Positions 27,137 to 35,624 of a DNA stretch of 64,000 nucleotides are shown in pieces. The position numbers and the translations under genes were made by a program. Position 1 is the stretch's first letter. Each line of letters starts with the position of its first letter. Origin of the DNA: Bacteriovoracaceae bacterium UBA4096 (GTDB lineage Bacteria; Bdellovibrionota; Bacteriovoracia; Bacteriovoracales; Bacteriovoracaceae); contig DFXY01000004.1 in assembly GCA_002381945.1 (NCBI GenBank), positions 24,824 through 88,823 on the forward strand, in the 5' to 3' direction. The notes beneath the pieces were generated by a model. The model was not told the origin of the DNA, ran no database searches, and saw nothing but the letters and a program-made list of their open reading frames with translations.

Positions 27137-27244
27137 AGAAGCTCCTTGTATAATTCTTATCGGAAGCTATTGATATATCTTAAATATGGCAATTATTCGA
27201 AAATCTCTATTGATTGAAATCCTAAACCGGACGAATAGAAAGAT

Positions 27245-28348
27245 ATGAAAAACATTAGCTTAAAAAATAAACTCATCATTTTATTCATTTCAACCTTCTT
27301 GCTTACTCTTAGTTTTTTAGGACTATTGACCTATCAAATCGATTTGAAGGTTAATCCTTATATCTACGCCTACCTTGGTCTGGGCCTCATTAGTTATTGC
27401 CTGATCGGAGCGATCACCTTTAAGACCGTCTTTAAAGTTCTTAATCATCTGGAAACAATAGAGAGTAATATTAAAAAAAATGCTTCACGTTTCAAACAAA
27501 ACTCTGAAGATTCTGCCTTTGAAACCAAGATGACCAAATTCAGTCTCATGGATACAACCATAATGACTATTGAACAAATGAAGGCCTCCATTGATAAAAA
27601 TACTGAAACATCAGAAAGAATGACTGAGGCAGTAGAAGTTAGTCACTACACGGCCAATAAGGGAAAAGAAGTTGTTTTGGATATGTTGGAAGCAGTTAAC
27701 CAGATTTACATGAGTAATGAAAAGATGGTCAAGGCCATTGAAAACAGTAATCATCGCATATCTGAAGTGGTTCAAGTCATCTCGGAAATAGATACAAAGA
27801 CAAAAGTCATTAACGATATTGTTTTTCAAACTAAGCTTTTATCTTTTAATGCATCCGTTGAGGCGGCCCGTGCAGGCGAACATGGCAAGGGTTTTTCCGT
27901 TGTTGCTGAAGAGATTGGTAAGCTTGCGGCCATGAGTGGAAGCTCGGCCCTGGAAATTTCAGTCATGCTGGCAGAGAATATAGAGAAAGTTAACGTGATC
28001 GTTAAAGAAACCAACGAAAGCATTAAAGAGCTGGTTAGTGCAGGTAAAGAGAAAGTAGAAATTGGTAAAATCACGGCAACCGAATCAGATATTGTTTTAG
28101 ATGAAGTTGTAAGAAATATTTCCAAAGCTACTCATTGGATAAACGAGATTATGAATTCTAACCTTGACCAGGAAAAAAAGATCCTGGAGATTGGTCAAAA
28201 TATGACTGAATTAAGAAGTGAAAATCAAATGAATAAAAGTTTCATCGAAAAATCACAAAAAGAATCGGCCGATATTGTTGGCCAAGCGAGAGATTTCTTC
28301 CTGACCACTGATGAGTTGTTAAAAACATTCGATCGTAAGGTCACCTGA
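27245..28348 (+). CDS. Methyl-accepting chemotaxis protein without periplasmic sensor domain
   Basis: 367 aa. Two TM helices are separated by a very short loop. Highly conserved MCP hairpin '[37 protein letters not shown]'. Confidence 0.85.
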   Translation: MKNISLKNKLIILFISTFLLTLSFLGLLTYQIDLKVNPYIYAYLGLGLISYCLIGAITFKTVFKVLNHLETIESNIKKNASRFKQNSEDSAFETKMTKFSLMDTTIMTIEQMKASIDKNTETSERMTEAVEVSHYTANKGKEVVLDMLEAVNQIYMSNEKMVKAIENSNHRISEVVQVISEIDTKTKVINDIVFQTKLLSFNASVEAARAGEHGKGFSVVAEEIGKLAAMSGSSALEISVMLAENIEKVNVIVKETNESIKELVSAGKEKVEIGKITATESDIVLDEVVRNISKATHWINEIMNSNLDQEKKILEIGQNMTELRSENQMNKSFIEKSQKESADIVGQARDFFLTTDELLKTFDRKVT

Positions 28349-28354
28349 TTCAAT

Positions 28355-30040
28355 TCAAATTTTAAATTGGTTAATGAGCTTATCCAACTCATTGGCCAGG
28401 CGGCTAAAATCAGAACTAACCTCACCTATTCTGTGTGCTGCAACAGTGGTTTTATTTGATAGATTCATAATGGACTGAATATTATCTTCGACCTCTCGAG
28501 TTGCTTCACTTTGTTCTTTGGTACTACCAGCGATGTTGATCATGACATCTTTAAGCTTGGACATCTCAACGGCAACATTCTTAAATGCTTCATAAGAAGT
28601 GTTGACTTCATTTCGACCTTCTGTGGCAAGCGTCTTGGTTTCTCTTATAACTATGACAGCTTCGTGCATGAGTTTTTTTAATTGATCGGTACATTCTCCA
28701 ATTTCAAGATTGGATACTTTTGTCTGCTGGGCAAGTTCACCTATTTCATTAGCAACCACTGAGAAGCCAAGTCCTGCCTGGCCTGCTCTTCCTGCCTCAA
28801 CTGAGGCATTGAATGAAAGCAAGCGGGTTTTCATTGTGATATCATCCACGACTTTTACTGACTCTGCGATTCTCTGCGTTTCAAGTTCCAGCTTCTCTGC
28901 AATTGCCGAGACTTGTTCAATCTGGATGTAAAGGTTATTGATCTTTTGTTGGGCGGAGAAGGCCTTATTAGCACCATCTGCGACCTCTGCTTCTACATTA
29001 TTAGTAAAGTTTTGAGACTTATGAGTACTATCGGCCACGTTCTGAGAAGATGCGCTCATCTTACGAATGGTCTGCCCAACACTATTTATCTCTTCCTTTT
29101 GTTGAATAATATCTGAAACGGTTAATGAGGTGATGTTGGAAATCTCTTCAGTTCCCATGACAATTTCTGATGTTGAATTCTTTACTTGAAATAAACTCTC
29201 CCTGATCGTCTTTAACATCTCATCGAAGGCATTGGCCATCTTGGCAATTTCATCCTTAGAATTGTTTCGACGAAGGGTTTTTGTTAGATCCATGTCCTGG
29301 GAAATTAATTCGATATCCTGCTGAATTAGCTTCACTCTCCTCACTGCAATTACCCTTAAAACGGCCAGGACAATTAAGAGAGCAACAATGAATAAAGCTA
29401 TCATTATTTTGCCCACGTATATGCTATTTTCTTTCACTTCCTGATCAAGTCGATTTAATGAATATGTAATTCTGGTTGCTCCCAGGACTGTTCCTTCCGG
29501 CACTTCATGGCACTCTAAACAATTGGTGCCTCGATAATTGGAGCTTGCAAGCACTGGCAGTAAAATTGTCAATGTTCTTTTCCCTTTGAAGCTCTGAATG
29601 ATTTTTATCTCTTCTCCTTTGAGTCCTCTTTGATCGAGTTCATCCCTGGTGCTTTCATAACTAAAGCCATCACCATACATATCCTTAACTTTATCACCAC
29701 GTACTATTTTAATGTCTTCAATGTCTTTATTTTCCAAAAGCTTATTTCGTAAAATTTCGCGATTCTCCATCGTGCCGGTAATCATCATGGCATTCACACT
29801 GTCAAAATACTGGGAAGCTGTTTGAAATGCTTGCTCTTCAATGAAGCGCTCAACAAAAGTTTGTTGATTAGAATAGTTAAGTAAAATAACCAGTCCTGAC
29901 ATCAGCCCAAAAATAAGGATTAGAGGGAGTAAAATTTTCGTTTGAATTTTCAAATAAACTCTTCCGGCCAAGAAAATAATTGCTTTATTATGGGGCCAAA
30001 AAGTCCAGTCCAGTATGACTTTGGTCATATTTTTTGACAT
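28355..30040 (-). CDS. Methyl-accepting chemotaxis protein with periplasmic CxxCH (haem-c) sensor domain
   Basis: 561 aa. Layout is TM1, a roughly 150-aa periplasmic domain ending 'NYRGTNCLECHEVPEGTVLGATRITYSL' (CxxCH at nt 29507-29521), TM2, a HAMP-like linker, then '[35 protein letters not shown]'. Confidence 0.85.
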   Translation of the reverse strand: MSKNMTKVILDWTFWPHNKAIIFLAGRVYLKIQTKILLPLILIFGLMSGLVILLNYSNQQTFVERFIEEQAFQTASQYFDSVNAMMITGTMENREILRNKLLENKDIEDIKIVRGDKVKDMYGDGFSYESTRDELDQRGLKGEEIKIIQSFKGKRTLTILLPVLASSNYRGTNCLECHEVPEGTVLGATRITYSLNRLDQEVKENSIYVGKIMIALFIVALLIVLAVLRVIAVRRVKLIQQDIELISQDMDLTKTLRRNNSKDEIAKMANAFDEMLKTIRESLFQVKNSTSEIVMGTEEISNITSLTVSDIIQQKEEINSVGQTIRKMSASSQNVADSTHKSQNFTNNVEAEVADGANKAFSAQQKINNLYIQIEQVSAIAEKLELETQRIAESVKVVDDITMKTRLLSFNASVEAGRAGQAGLGFSVVANEIGELAQQTKVSNLEIGECTDQLKKLMHEAVIVIRETKTLATEGRNEVNTSYEAFKNVAVEMSKLKDVMINIAGSTKEQSEATREVEDNIQSIMNLSNKTTVAAHRIGEVSSDFSRLANELDKLINQFKI

Positions 30041-30130
30041 TTCTCATCAACCGTCCCGCAAAATGAATACTCACTGTGCCTGTCCTTTATCTTGATACCT
30101 AGGGTAGTTAATTGAGGCATGGGAGGTTTC

Positions 30131-31147
30131 ATGGAACCACAATTATTTGCCCTTGGAAGTTCCAAACACTGGGGGGAAAACGTTGCAGAACATTTACACA
30201 TTCCCTTATCTCTTCATGAAGAGCGGGAGTTTGAAGATGGCGAACATAAAATAAGGCCGTTGGAAAATGTAAGAGGTCGGGATGTGTTTGTCTTGAATTC
30301 TCTTTATAGCGACACTGTAATGAGTGTTAATGATAAATTATGCCGTTTATTATTTTTTATAAGTGCTTTAAAAGATGCTTCTGCGGCAAAAGTGAGTGTA
30401 GTGATTCCATACTTTGCTTATGCTCGTAAAGACAGGAAGACCAAACCCAGGGATCCGATAACGATGAAATATATGGCAAAGCTACTGGAGTCTGCAGGTG
30501 CTGATCAAATTATAGCGCTGGATATACATAACCTTTCGGCCTTCCAGAATGCATTTCGAATCCCTACCGAACATATGGAAGCTAAGGTTTTGTTTGCACC
30601 TTATTTTACTCAAATGAGCAATACAGAGGATATCATGGTCATTTCTCCTGATGCGGGAGGTATGAAGAGAGCGGAAAGTTTTCGCGAAACACTAAGTGAA
30701 CTTTGTAAAAAACCTATTGGAATTGCTTTTCTGGAGAAACATCGAAGTGAAGGAGTCGTTGAAGGCAATGAAAGTGTAATCGGAGAAGTGAAAGATAAAA
30801 TAGCAATTATTATTGATGATATTATAAGCTCCGGGAAGACCATAAAACTTGCTGTAGATGCTCTTGACCGGGCCGGTGCCAAAAAGATTTTTGCCTGCGC
30901 CACCCATGGTCTTTTTGTAGGTTCGGCTTCTGAGATACTTAATCATCCTAAACTCGATAAAGTACTTATCACAGACAGCATTCCTCCATTTCGCTTAAAA
31001 AAAGAAATACTCAAAGAGAAGATTTTGCTTTTTGATACGTCAGTTCTTTTTGCCAAGGCAATCAAAAGGGCCCAGGGGGGTGACTCTCTGGTTGATTTAA
31101 TTAAGACCTATCCCTACATCACTCAAGAATCTTTTTTGCAAAGCTAA
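30131..31147 (+). CDS. prs: Ribose-phosphate pyrophosphokinase (divergent PRPP synthetase paralogue)
   Basis: ATG at 30131 with a GGGAGG RBS. 'VIPYFAYARKDRK', 'VISPDAGG' and the PRPP loop 'AIIIDDIISSGKT'. The N-terminal region is divergent from B. subtilis/E. coli Prs. Confidence 0.8.
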   Translation: MEPQLFALGSSKHWGENVAEHLHIPLSLHEEREFEDGEHKIRPLENVRGRDVFVLNSLYSDTVMSVNDKLCRLLFFISALKDASAAKVSVVIPYFAYARKDRKTKPRDPITMKYMAKLLESAGADQIIALDIHNLSAFQNAFRIPTEHMEAKVLFAPYFTQMSNTEDIMVISPDAGGMKRAESFRETLSELCKKPIGIAFLEKHRSEGVVEGNESVIGEVKDKIAIIIDDIISSGKTIKLAVDALDRAGAKKIFACATHGLFVGSASEILNHPKLDKVLITDSIPPFRLKKEILKEKILLFDTSVLFAKAIKRAQGGDSLVDLIKTYPYITQESFLQS

Positions 31148-32159
31148 GATAAAGGGCCGCTTTTTTCTTAAACTTTTCTTTATTTAGAACGCGCTCGTCG
31201 TCTAAATGCCACAATGATATCTTGGCCCTGAGAGAAGAACGAAAACTTCGATAAAAACCAATGACCCTTTCATCTACTTGATCATGAGTTATTTCCCGAT
31301 AAACATGCATGAAGTATTCCCCGACTTCAGGATATCCTAGAAAGCTACATTCAATTGTAAGATAAGATAGCTCATCCACCGGATCCAAAGTTCTTAACTC
31401 TTGATTAAATTCCAGTCGGTCCACAATGATAGGCGGTGAACTCAGACAAATATGCTCTGGTCTTAAATCCCCATGTCCCTCGATAATCCTTCCTTCAAAA
31501 ACCCTCTTATAGAACGCTTCAGACCCAAATAAAAGGCATTCAAGCTGGGCACTATGGATTCTATCAATCTCACCTTGATCTAAACCATAGCGCTTCTGTG
31601 ACAGGGCATAATAATTTTCCCTAACGTATTGTTCTAATCTTGAACAATACACTTCACCTGAAATATTTACTGGTTCAGCTTTTAAATAAAACTGACTTAT
31701 AAGCTGGGCCGCTTCCTTGAACTGAGACCAATTCAAGTCATTCCTAAGTATCTTTTGCTCCAGAGTTTCATCCTGAGGAAAGCGCTTCATCAGAACCAAC
31801 CAGTCCACAATTTGTCCGGCACCTAAATGACCTCCAATTTGCAACTTTTGTTCTTTATTTAATATAAGAGGAATCGTTTTGAGATAAATCCCAGGGGCCA
31901 GATCCTGGTTTAATTGAATTTCTTTTTCCGCATTAAGACGTCTTGCCTCGACACTGCACAATTTTAAATAATGAAGGTCGACAGGTTTTTTAAGCTTGTA
32001 AGCATGTTCATCAGTCAAAAAGACCCAGGACATATGCGTCTCTACTGATTTGATCTTAGAAGTTCTTTCAGGATAAGAGTCGGCCTTTTGGAGAAAAGCT
32101 ACTTTCCGGTTTAATTCCTGCCATTGATCAGTCTCCCCTGAGCATTGCAATGACTTCAT
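31119..32159 (-). CDS. Protein-kinase-like / aminoglycoside-phosphotransferase-fold protein
   Basis: 346 aa. Catalytic-loop-like 'GHGDLRPEHICL' followed by 'IIVDRLEF'. It overlaps the PRTase gene by 32 nt and the convergent prs gene by 29 nt. Confidence 0.6.
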   Translation of the reverse strand: MKSLQCSGETDQWQELNRKVAFLQKADSYPERTSKIKSVETHMSWVFLTDEHAYKLKKPVDLHYLKLCSVEARRLNAEKEIQLNQDLAPGIYLKTIPLILNKEQKLQIGGHLGAGQIVDWLVLMKRFPQDETLEQKILRNDLNWSQFKEAAQLISQFYLKAEPVNISGEVYCSRLEQYVRENYYALSQKRYGLDQGEIDRIHSAQLECLLFGSEAFYKRVFEGRIIEGHGDLRPEHICLSSPPIIVDRLEFNQELRTLDPVDELSYLTIECSFLGYPEVGEYFMHVYREITHDQVDERVIGFYRSFRSSLRAKISLWHLDDERVLNKEKFKKKAALYLSFAKKILE

Positions 32160-32745
32160 GATCGCTCACCTGAGGAAAAGATTGATAAAATTCACCAATA
32201 CTGAACATCATTTCCGGAAGATATAAAACCACTAACTCTTCTACCAAAGGTCTTATTTGTTCAGCAGCATCAATGGATGAAACAGGGGTGGCCAGAATTA
32301 TCCTCTCTGGTGATTGGGACCGGACTTCCTGAATAGCACAGATGGTAGTTGCACCGGTAGCGATACCGTCATCAACTATAATGACGACACGGCCTTTATA
32401 GTTAAGATTATTCAGACCATATAATTCTTGCCGCTGCCTCAATACTTTAAGTTGTTTTTGAGCAGCAGCTTCGATGTAAGCTTCAGTGCCATAAGTCTTT
32501 GCATGTGAAAGTGACTGAATTTTTCCAGACAGACCAACACAACCAATGGCAAATTCTGGATTGTCAGGTGCTGGGATTTTGTGAACCAATACTGTAGAAA
32601 GTTCTCCTCTAAGACCGTCCGCAATTATTTTGGCCATTGGCATGGCCCCTCTGGGTATGCCTGCCACTAAAGGATTTTTCCCTTTATAAGTCATCAGCTT
32701 ATTTAATAATTCCTGGGCCGCAGTCTCCCGATTTTTCAAAGTCAT
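32128..32745 (-). CDS. Type I phosphoribosyltransferase of unknown substrate
   Basis: 205 aa. PRPP-binding loop 'VVIIVDDGIATGATT'. N-terminus 'PLVAGIPRGAMPMA'. Confidence 0.8.
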   Translation of the reverse strand: MTLKNRETAAQELLNKLMTYKGKNPLVAGIPRGAMPMAKIIADGLRGELSTVLVHKIPAPDNPEFAIGCVGLSGKIQSLSHAKTYGTEAYIEAAAQKQLKVLRQRQELYGLNNLNYKGRVVIIVDDGIATGATTICAIQEVRSQSPERIILATPVSSIDAAEQIRPLVEELVVLYLPEMMFSIGEFYQSFPQVSDHEVIAMLRGD

Positions 32746-32746
32746 C

Positions 32747-33046
32747 TTAACTGGCCTTAAAAGTTAGGCAATTAATATCATTCCCTGAAAAACCAACATT
32801 TATATCCCTGGCCATGCATTCAAAGTCTTCATTGTGAATGCAATCGTTCACTTTACATGCTCCCACTCCTGCCTGGCGGTTTTGCTCTTTACAATGTTCA
32901 TCCAGACTAAAAAAAGTATCACAACCCGGATGACTGCCATCTCCAATAGTGATGGCCTTAGCGTGGCAATTATTATTTAAGTTATAAGTACATTCATGAA
33001 CGGCACATTGAGAAACCAGAGGCATTTCAATATTTAAAGAATCCAT
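32747..33046 (-). CDS. Tandem DUF1540-type Cys-rich protein
   Basis: ATG at 33046 with an AAGGAG RBS is preferred over the listed start at 33085. Two repeats: 'CAVHECTYNLNNNCHAKAITIG...CDTF' and 'CKVNDCIHNEDFECMARDINVG...CLTF'. Confidence 0.65.
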   Translation of the reverse strand: MDSLNIEMPLVSQCAVHECTYNLNNNCHAKAITIGDGSHPGCDTFFSLDEHCKEQNRQAGVGACKVNDCIHNEDFECMARDINVGFSGNDINCLTFKAS

Positions 33047-33210
33047 AAAAACTCCTTTTGAAAGAAGATCGGAATCAACTAACAATCATAAACAAGGAGA
33101 AAGAATCAAAAAATAAGTAAATAAATAATTTCAACTTTAGCTGACGGATTGAGAAGGTATCGCTCCATACCCTTGAGATCATACTGGTAAATTAACTTTA
33201 TTCACTTTGA

Positions 33211-33242
33211 TGTCAGGTTTTGTGAAGTTCTTTTACCTGACA
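33211..33242. promoter_or_regulatory. Inverted repeat TGTCAGGT-N16-ACCTGACA in a divergent intergenic region
   Basis: 8-bp perfect arms, 55 nt upstream of the ParB-like GTG start. Could be an operator or a leader hairpin. Confidence 0.25.
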
Positions 33243-33296
33243 AGAAGACTTCATTAAAGCAACATAACAGAACAATCAATTATTCGAGGAGTCCAA

Positions 33297-34178
33297 GTGG
33301 AAATAAGAAAGCTCGCGGAGCTTAAAGCAACTAATCCCTATTTGCGTTTAGGAACTGATGTCACTGAACTGGAAAAATCCATTCAAACCTTAGGGCTCAT
33401 TGCCCCTTTGGTAATATCCCCTGATAACGTCATTTTGGCCGGTGCTCGTCGCTACCAAGCACTCTTAAATCTCGGCCACACAGAAGCCCCGGTAATGGTG
33501 ATCGACCGTAATCCTTTGGAAAAAGAATTAGTTTCCATTGATGAGAATCTGGTCAGAAAAGATCTGTCGAAAATAGAAATTGAATCCCATCTTCGACGGG
33601 CCAAAGAGATTTATCAGAAATTAAATCCAGAGGCAGATATTGTGGAAGAAGCTCCTGAGAACGAAGTTAAGAAAGTTGTTTTACCTGCTGAAAAATTTCT
33701 CAACATGGTATCTGAAAAAACCGGTCTTTCTCCAAAACAAATCCATGAGGCCATCAATCGGGACGAAATGGCATCAGGAGTCGTTAAAGAGGCCCGCTTA
33801 AAAGGCGAGCTCTCTCTTAGTCAGACCAATGAAATCGTCAAACTGAATAAGGAAGACCAGAACAAAGTCATCTCTCACCTGAAAGATCTACCGGTTCGGG
33901 AAATCAAAAAATTCGTAAAAATTGCGAAAACCCAAGGGGTTGATGAGGCCATCACTGCGACTCCTAATCTTCCCCATCAAAAAGAGTTTCAGGAAATTGA
34001 TATGGGTTTAAAAAAGCTCATAAAAAAATTTAAACAACTGCAAATTGAAGGAATCGAAATTTCAAGTTTTCCAAAGGAGACCCAGGAACTTTTTGGTGAG
34101 CTGATGAATTTTTTCGATGAAGATAACTTCCCCTCACATCACAGAGGCCAGGAGCATGAAATGGAATCCCTACAATAA
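33297..34178 (+). CDS. Orphan ParB/Srx-fold (ParB N-terminal domain) protein
   Basis: 293 aa. GTG start with a GAGGAG RBS. 'LGLIAPLVISPDNVILAGARRYQALLNLG' matches the ParB box with an Arg-rich GxxRxxA motif. Charged helical C-terminus. No parA nearby. Confidence 0.6.
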   Translation: MEIRKLAELKATNPYLRLGTDVTELEKSIQTLGLIAPLVISPDNVILAGARRYQALLNLGHTEAPVMVIDRNPLEKELVSIDENLVRKDLSKIEIESHLRRAKEIYQKLNPEADIVEEAPENEVKKVVLPAEKFLNMVSEKTGLSPKQIHEAINRDEMASGVVKEARLKGELSLSQTNEIVKLNKEDQNKVISHLKDLPVREIKKFVKIAKTQGVDEAITATPNLPHQKEFQEIDMGLKKLIKKFKQLQIEGIEISSFPKETQELFGELMNFFDEDNFPSHHRGQEHEMESLQ

Positions 34179-34199
34179 AATCTAGTTGAAAGCCGCCAA

Positions 34200-34227
34200 G
34201 GAATTGAGGCGAAAAAACCTCAATTCC
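34200..34227 (+). terminator. Hairpin after the ParB-like gene
   Basis: GGAATTGAGG-CGAAAAAA-CCTCAATTCC (10-bp stem). No clear T tract. Confidence 0.5.
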
Positions 34228-34465
34228 AACCCGTATAAAAATTGTGATCATCTTAAACCTATGATTTAAAACAAAAAGTAAAGATACCTCAAAAGCTTAA
34301 AAATTAAGCATACACTCCTCTTACGAACATTTTTTCTCGATTTTGTTGTTGGACGTTTATTCATGCAGCACGTTTATGGAAGAACGAAATCGAGAGAAGC
34401 CGCAAGGTCTGGACTTAAAGTTAAGGACTAACTTTTAACAGCACCTTACGCTCTACGGAGCATTT

Positions 34466-35041
34466 ATGAAATTCAGTAGTTTAAACAACGGACAAGTGGG
34501 TCTTATTCTCGCTCTATCCTTTTCCGTTCTGGTCTCGTCTTGTAATCAGGATGAGTTCTTCCCAACGGAAGAGATGATTGAAGGGGCAGATGCCTATTGT
34601 GCTGAGGCCAGGGATCTTAATTCCTGTCAGCAGCTGGTGGATATTTGTCAGCCAGCTTATGAACCCGAAGTTCTGGAAGGAGAAGAACCCGTATTTTCTC
34701 AATGTGTGGCCAATCCTGACCTTTGGGCCAATCCACCAACTGATGACGGAGAAGTGATTGTGGATGACGGGACCAATGAATCAGGTGGTTCAACTGATCC
34801 GGTGGACGAGCCAGTTCCAGCGCCTACGCTTGAAGAAGCTTACGCCTCTAAGTGCAGTAACCTGGATGCTCAGTACTTGTGGACTAAAAAATTTGTGAAA
34901 AAAGGAAAAGTAATTAACAAGGTATCAAAAGTGAAGATCTGCCATATGGCCAATGCCTCTTCACATACAATTGTGGTTGCCTGTCCTGCTCTGAAGGCGC
35001 ACATTAGTCACGATGACTACTTAGGCGCTTGTTCACTTTAA
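34466..35041 (+). CDS. Cys-rich acidic lipoprotein, unknown function
   Basis: 191 aa. Lipobox 'LVSSC'. 8 further Cys. Asp/Glu/Pro-rich linker. Confidence 0.6.
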   Translation: MKFSSLNNGQVGLILALSFSVLVSSCNQDEFFPTEEMIEGADAYCAEARDLNSCQQLVDICQPAYEPEVLEGEEPVFSQCVANPDLWANPPTDDGEVIVDDGTNESGGSTDPVDEPVPAPTLEEAYASKCSNLDAQYLWTKKFVKKGKVINKVSKVKICHMANASSHTIVVACPALKAHISHDDYLGACSL

Positions 35042-35050
35042 AAACGAATC

Positions 35051-35072
35051 CAGGGGCCCGTAAGGGCCCCTG
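35051..35072. terminator. Bidirectional rho-independent terminator
   Basis: CAGGGGCCC-GTAA-GGGCCCCTG lies between the convergent lipoprotein gene (+) and ppa (-), with T-rich flanks on both strands. Confidence 0.75.
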
Positions 35073-35077
35073 CTTTA

Positions 35078-35608
35078 TTAGCGATTAAAACTGGACTTAT
35101 AGAATGCAATGGATTCTATGATGACTTTAATCGCTTCGGATTCGTCATCAATTGATAGTATTTCAACACTCTTTTTTTCTAACTCTTTGTAACTTTCAAA
35201 AAAACGACGGATTTCATTTATTTTATGAGGCGCAATTTCTTTAATGGAATTGATATGATGATACTCAGGATCATCTATGTGAACGGAAATGACCTTGTCA
35301 TCACCTTTGCCCTGATCAAGCATGCGCATCACTCCAATGGGACGAACTCGCATGATGGAAAGCGGGGCCACAGGTAATTGTCCAATGACCAGAACATCCA
35401 AAGGATCCCCATCATCACAATATGTTTGGGAAAAAAGCCCATAATTACAGGGATAATGGACTGAACTATAGAGGATACGGTCAACTTTAAGAAGACCGCT
35501 TTTTTTATCAATCTCGTACTTGATTTTAGATCCTGCAGGAATTTCTATAATACAATTGAGTTCATTCTTTCCATTAAATTCCAGATCTACATCGTGCCAG
35601 GGATTCAT
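35078..35608 (-). CDS. ppa: Family I inorganic pyrophosphatase
   Basis: 176 aa. 'IIEIPAGSKIKYEIDK' and 'DDGDPLDVLVIG'. GAGAGG RBS in the 16-nt gap after the CLC gene. Confidence 0.9.
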   Translation of the reverse strand: MNPWHDVDLEFNGKNELNCIIEIPAGSKIKYEIDKKSGLLKVDRILYSSVHYPCNYGLFSQTYCDDGDPLDVLVIGQLPVAPLSIMRVRPIGVMRMLDQGKGDDKVISVHIDDPEYHHINSIKEIAPHKINEIRRFFESYKELEKKSVEILSIDDESEAIKVIIESIAFYKSSFNR

Positions 35609-35624
35609 AATAACCTCTCATCAT

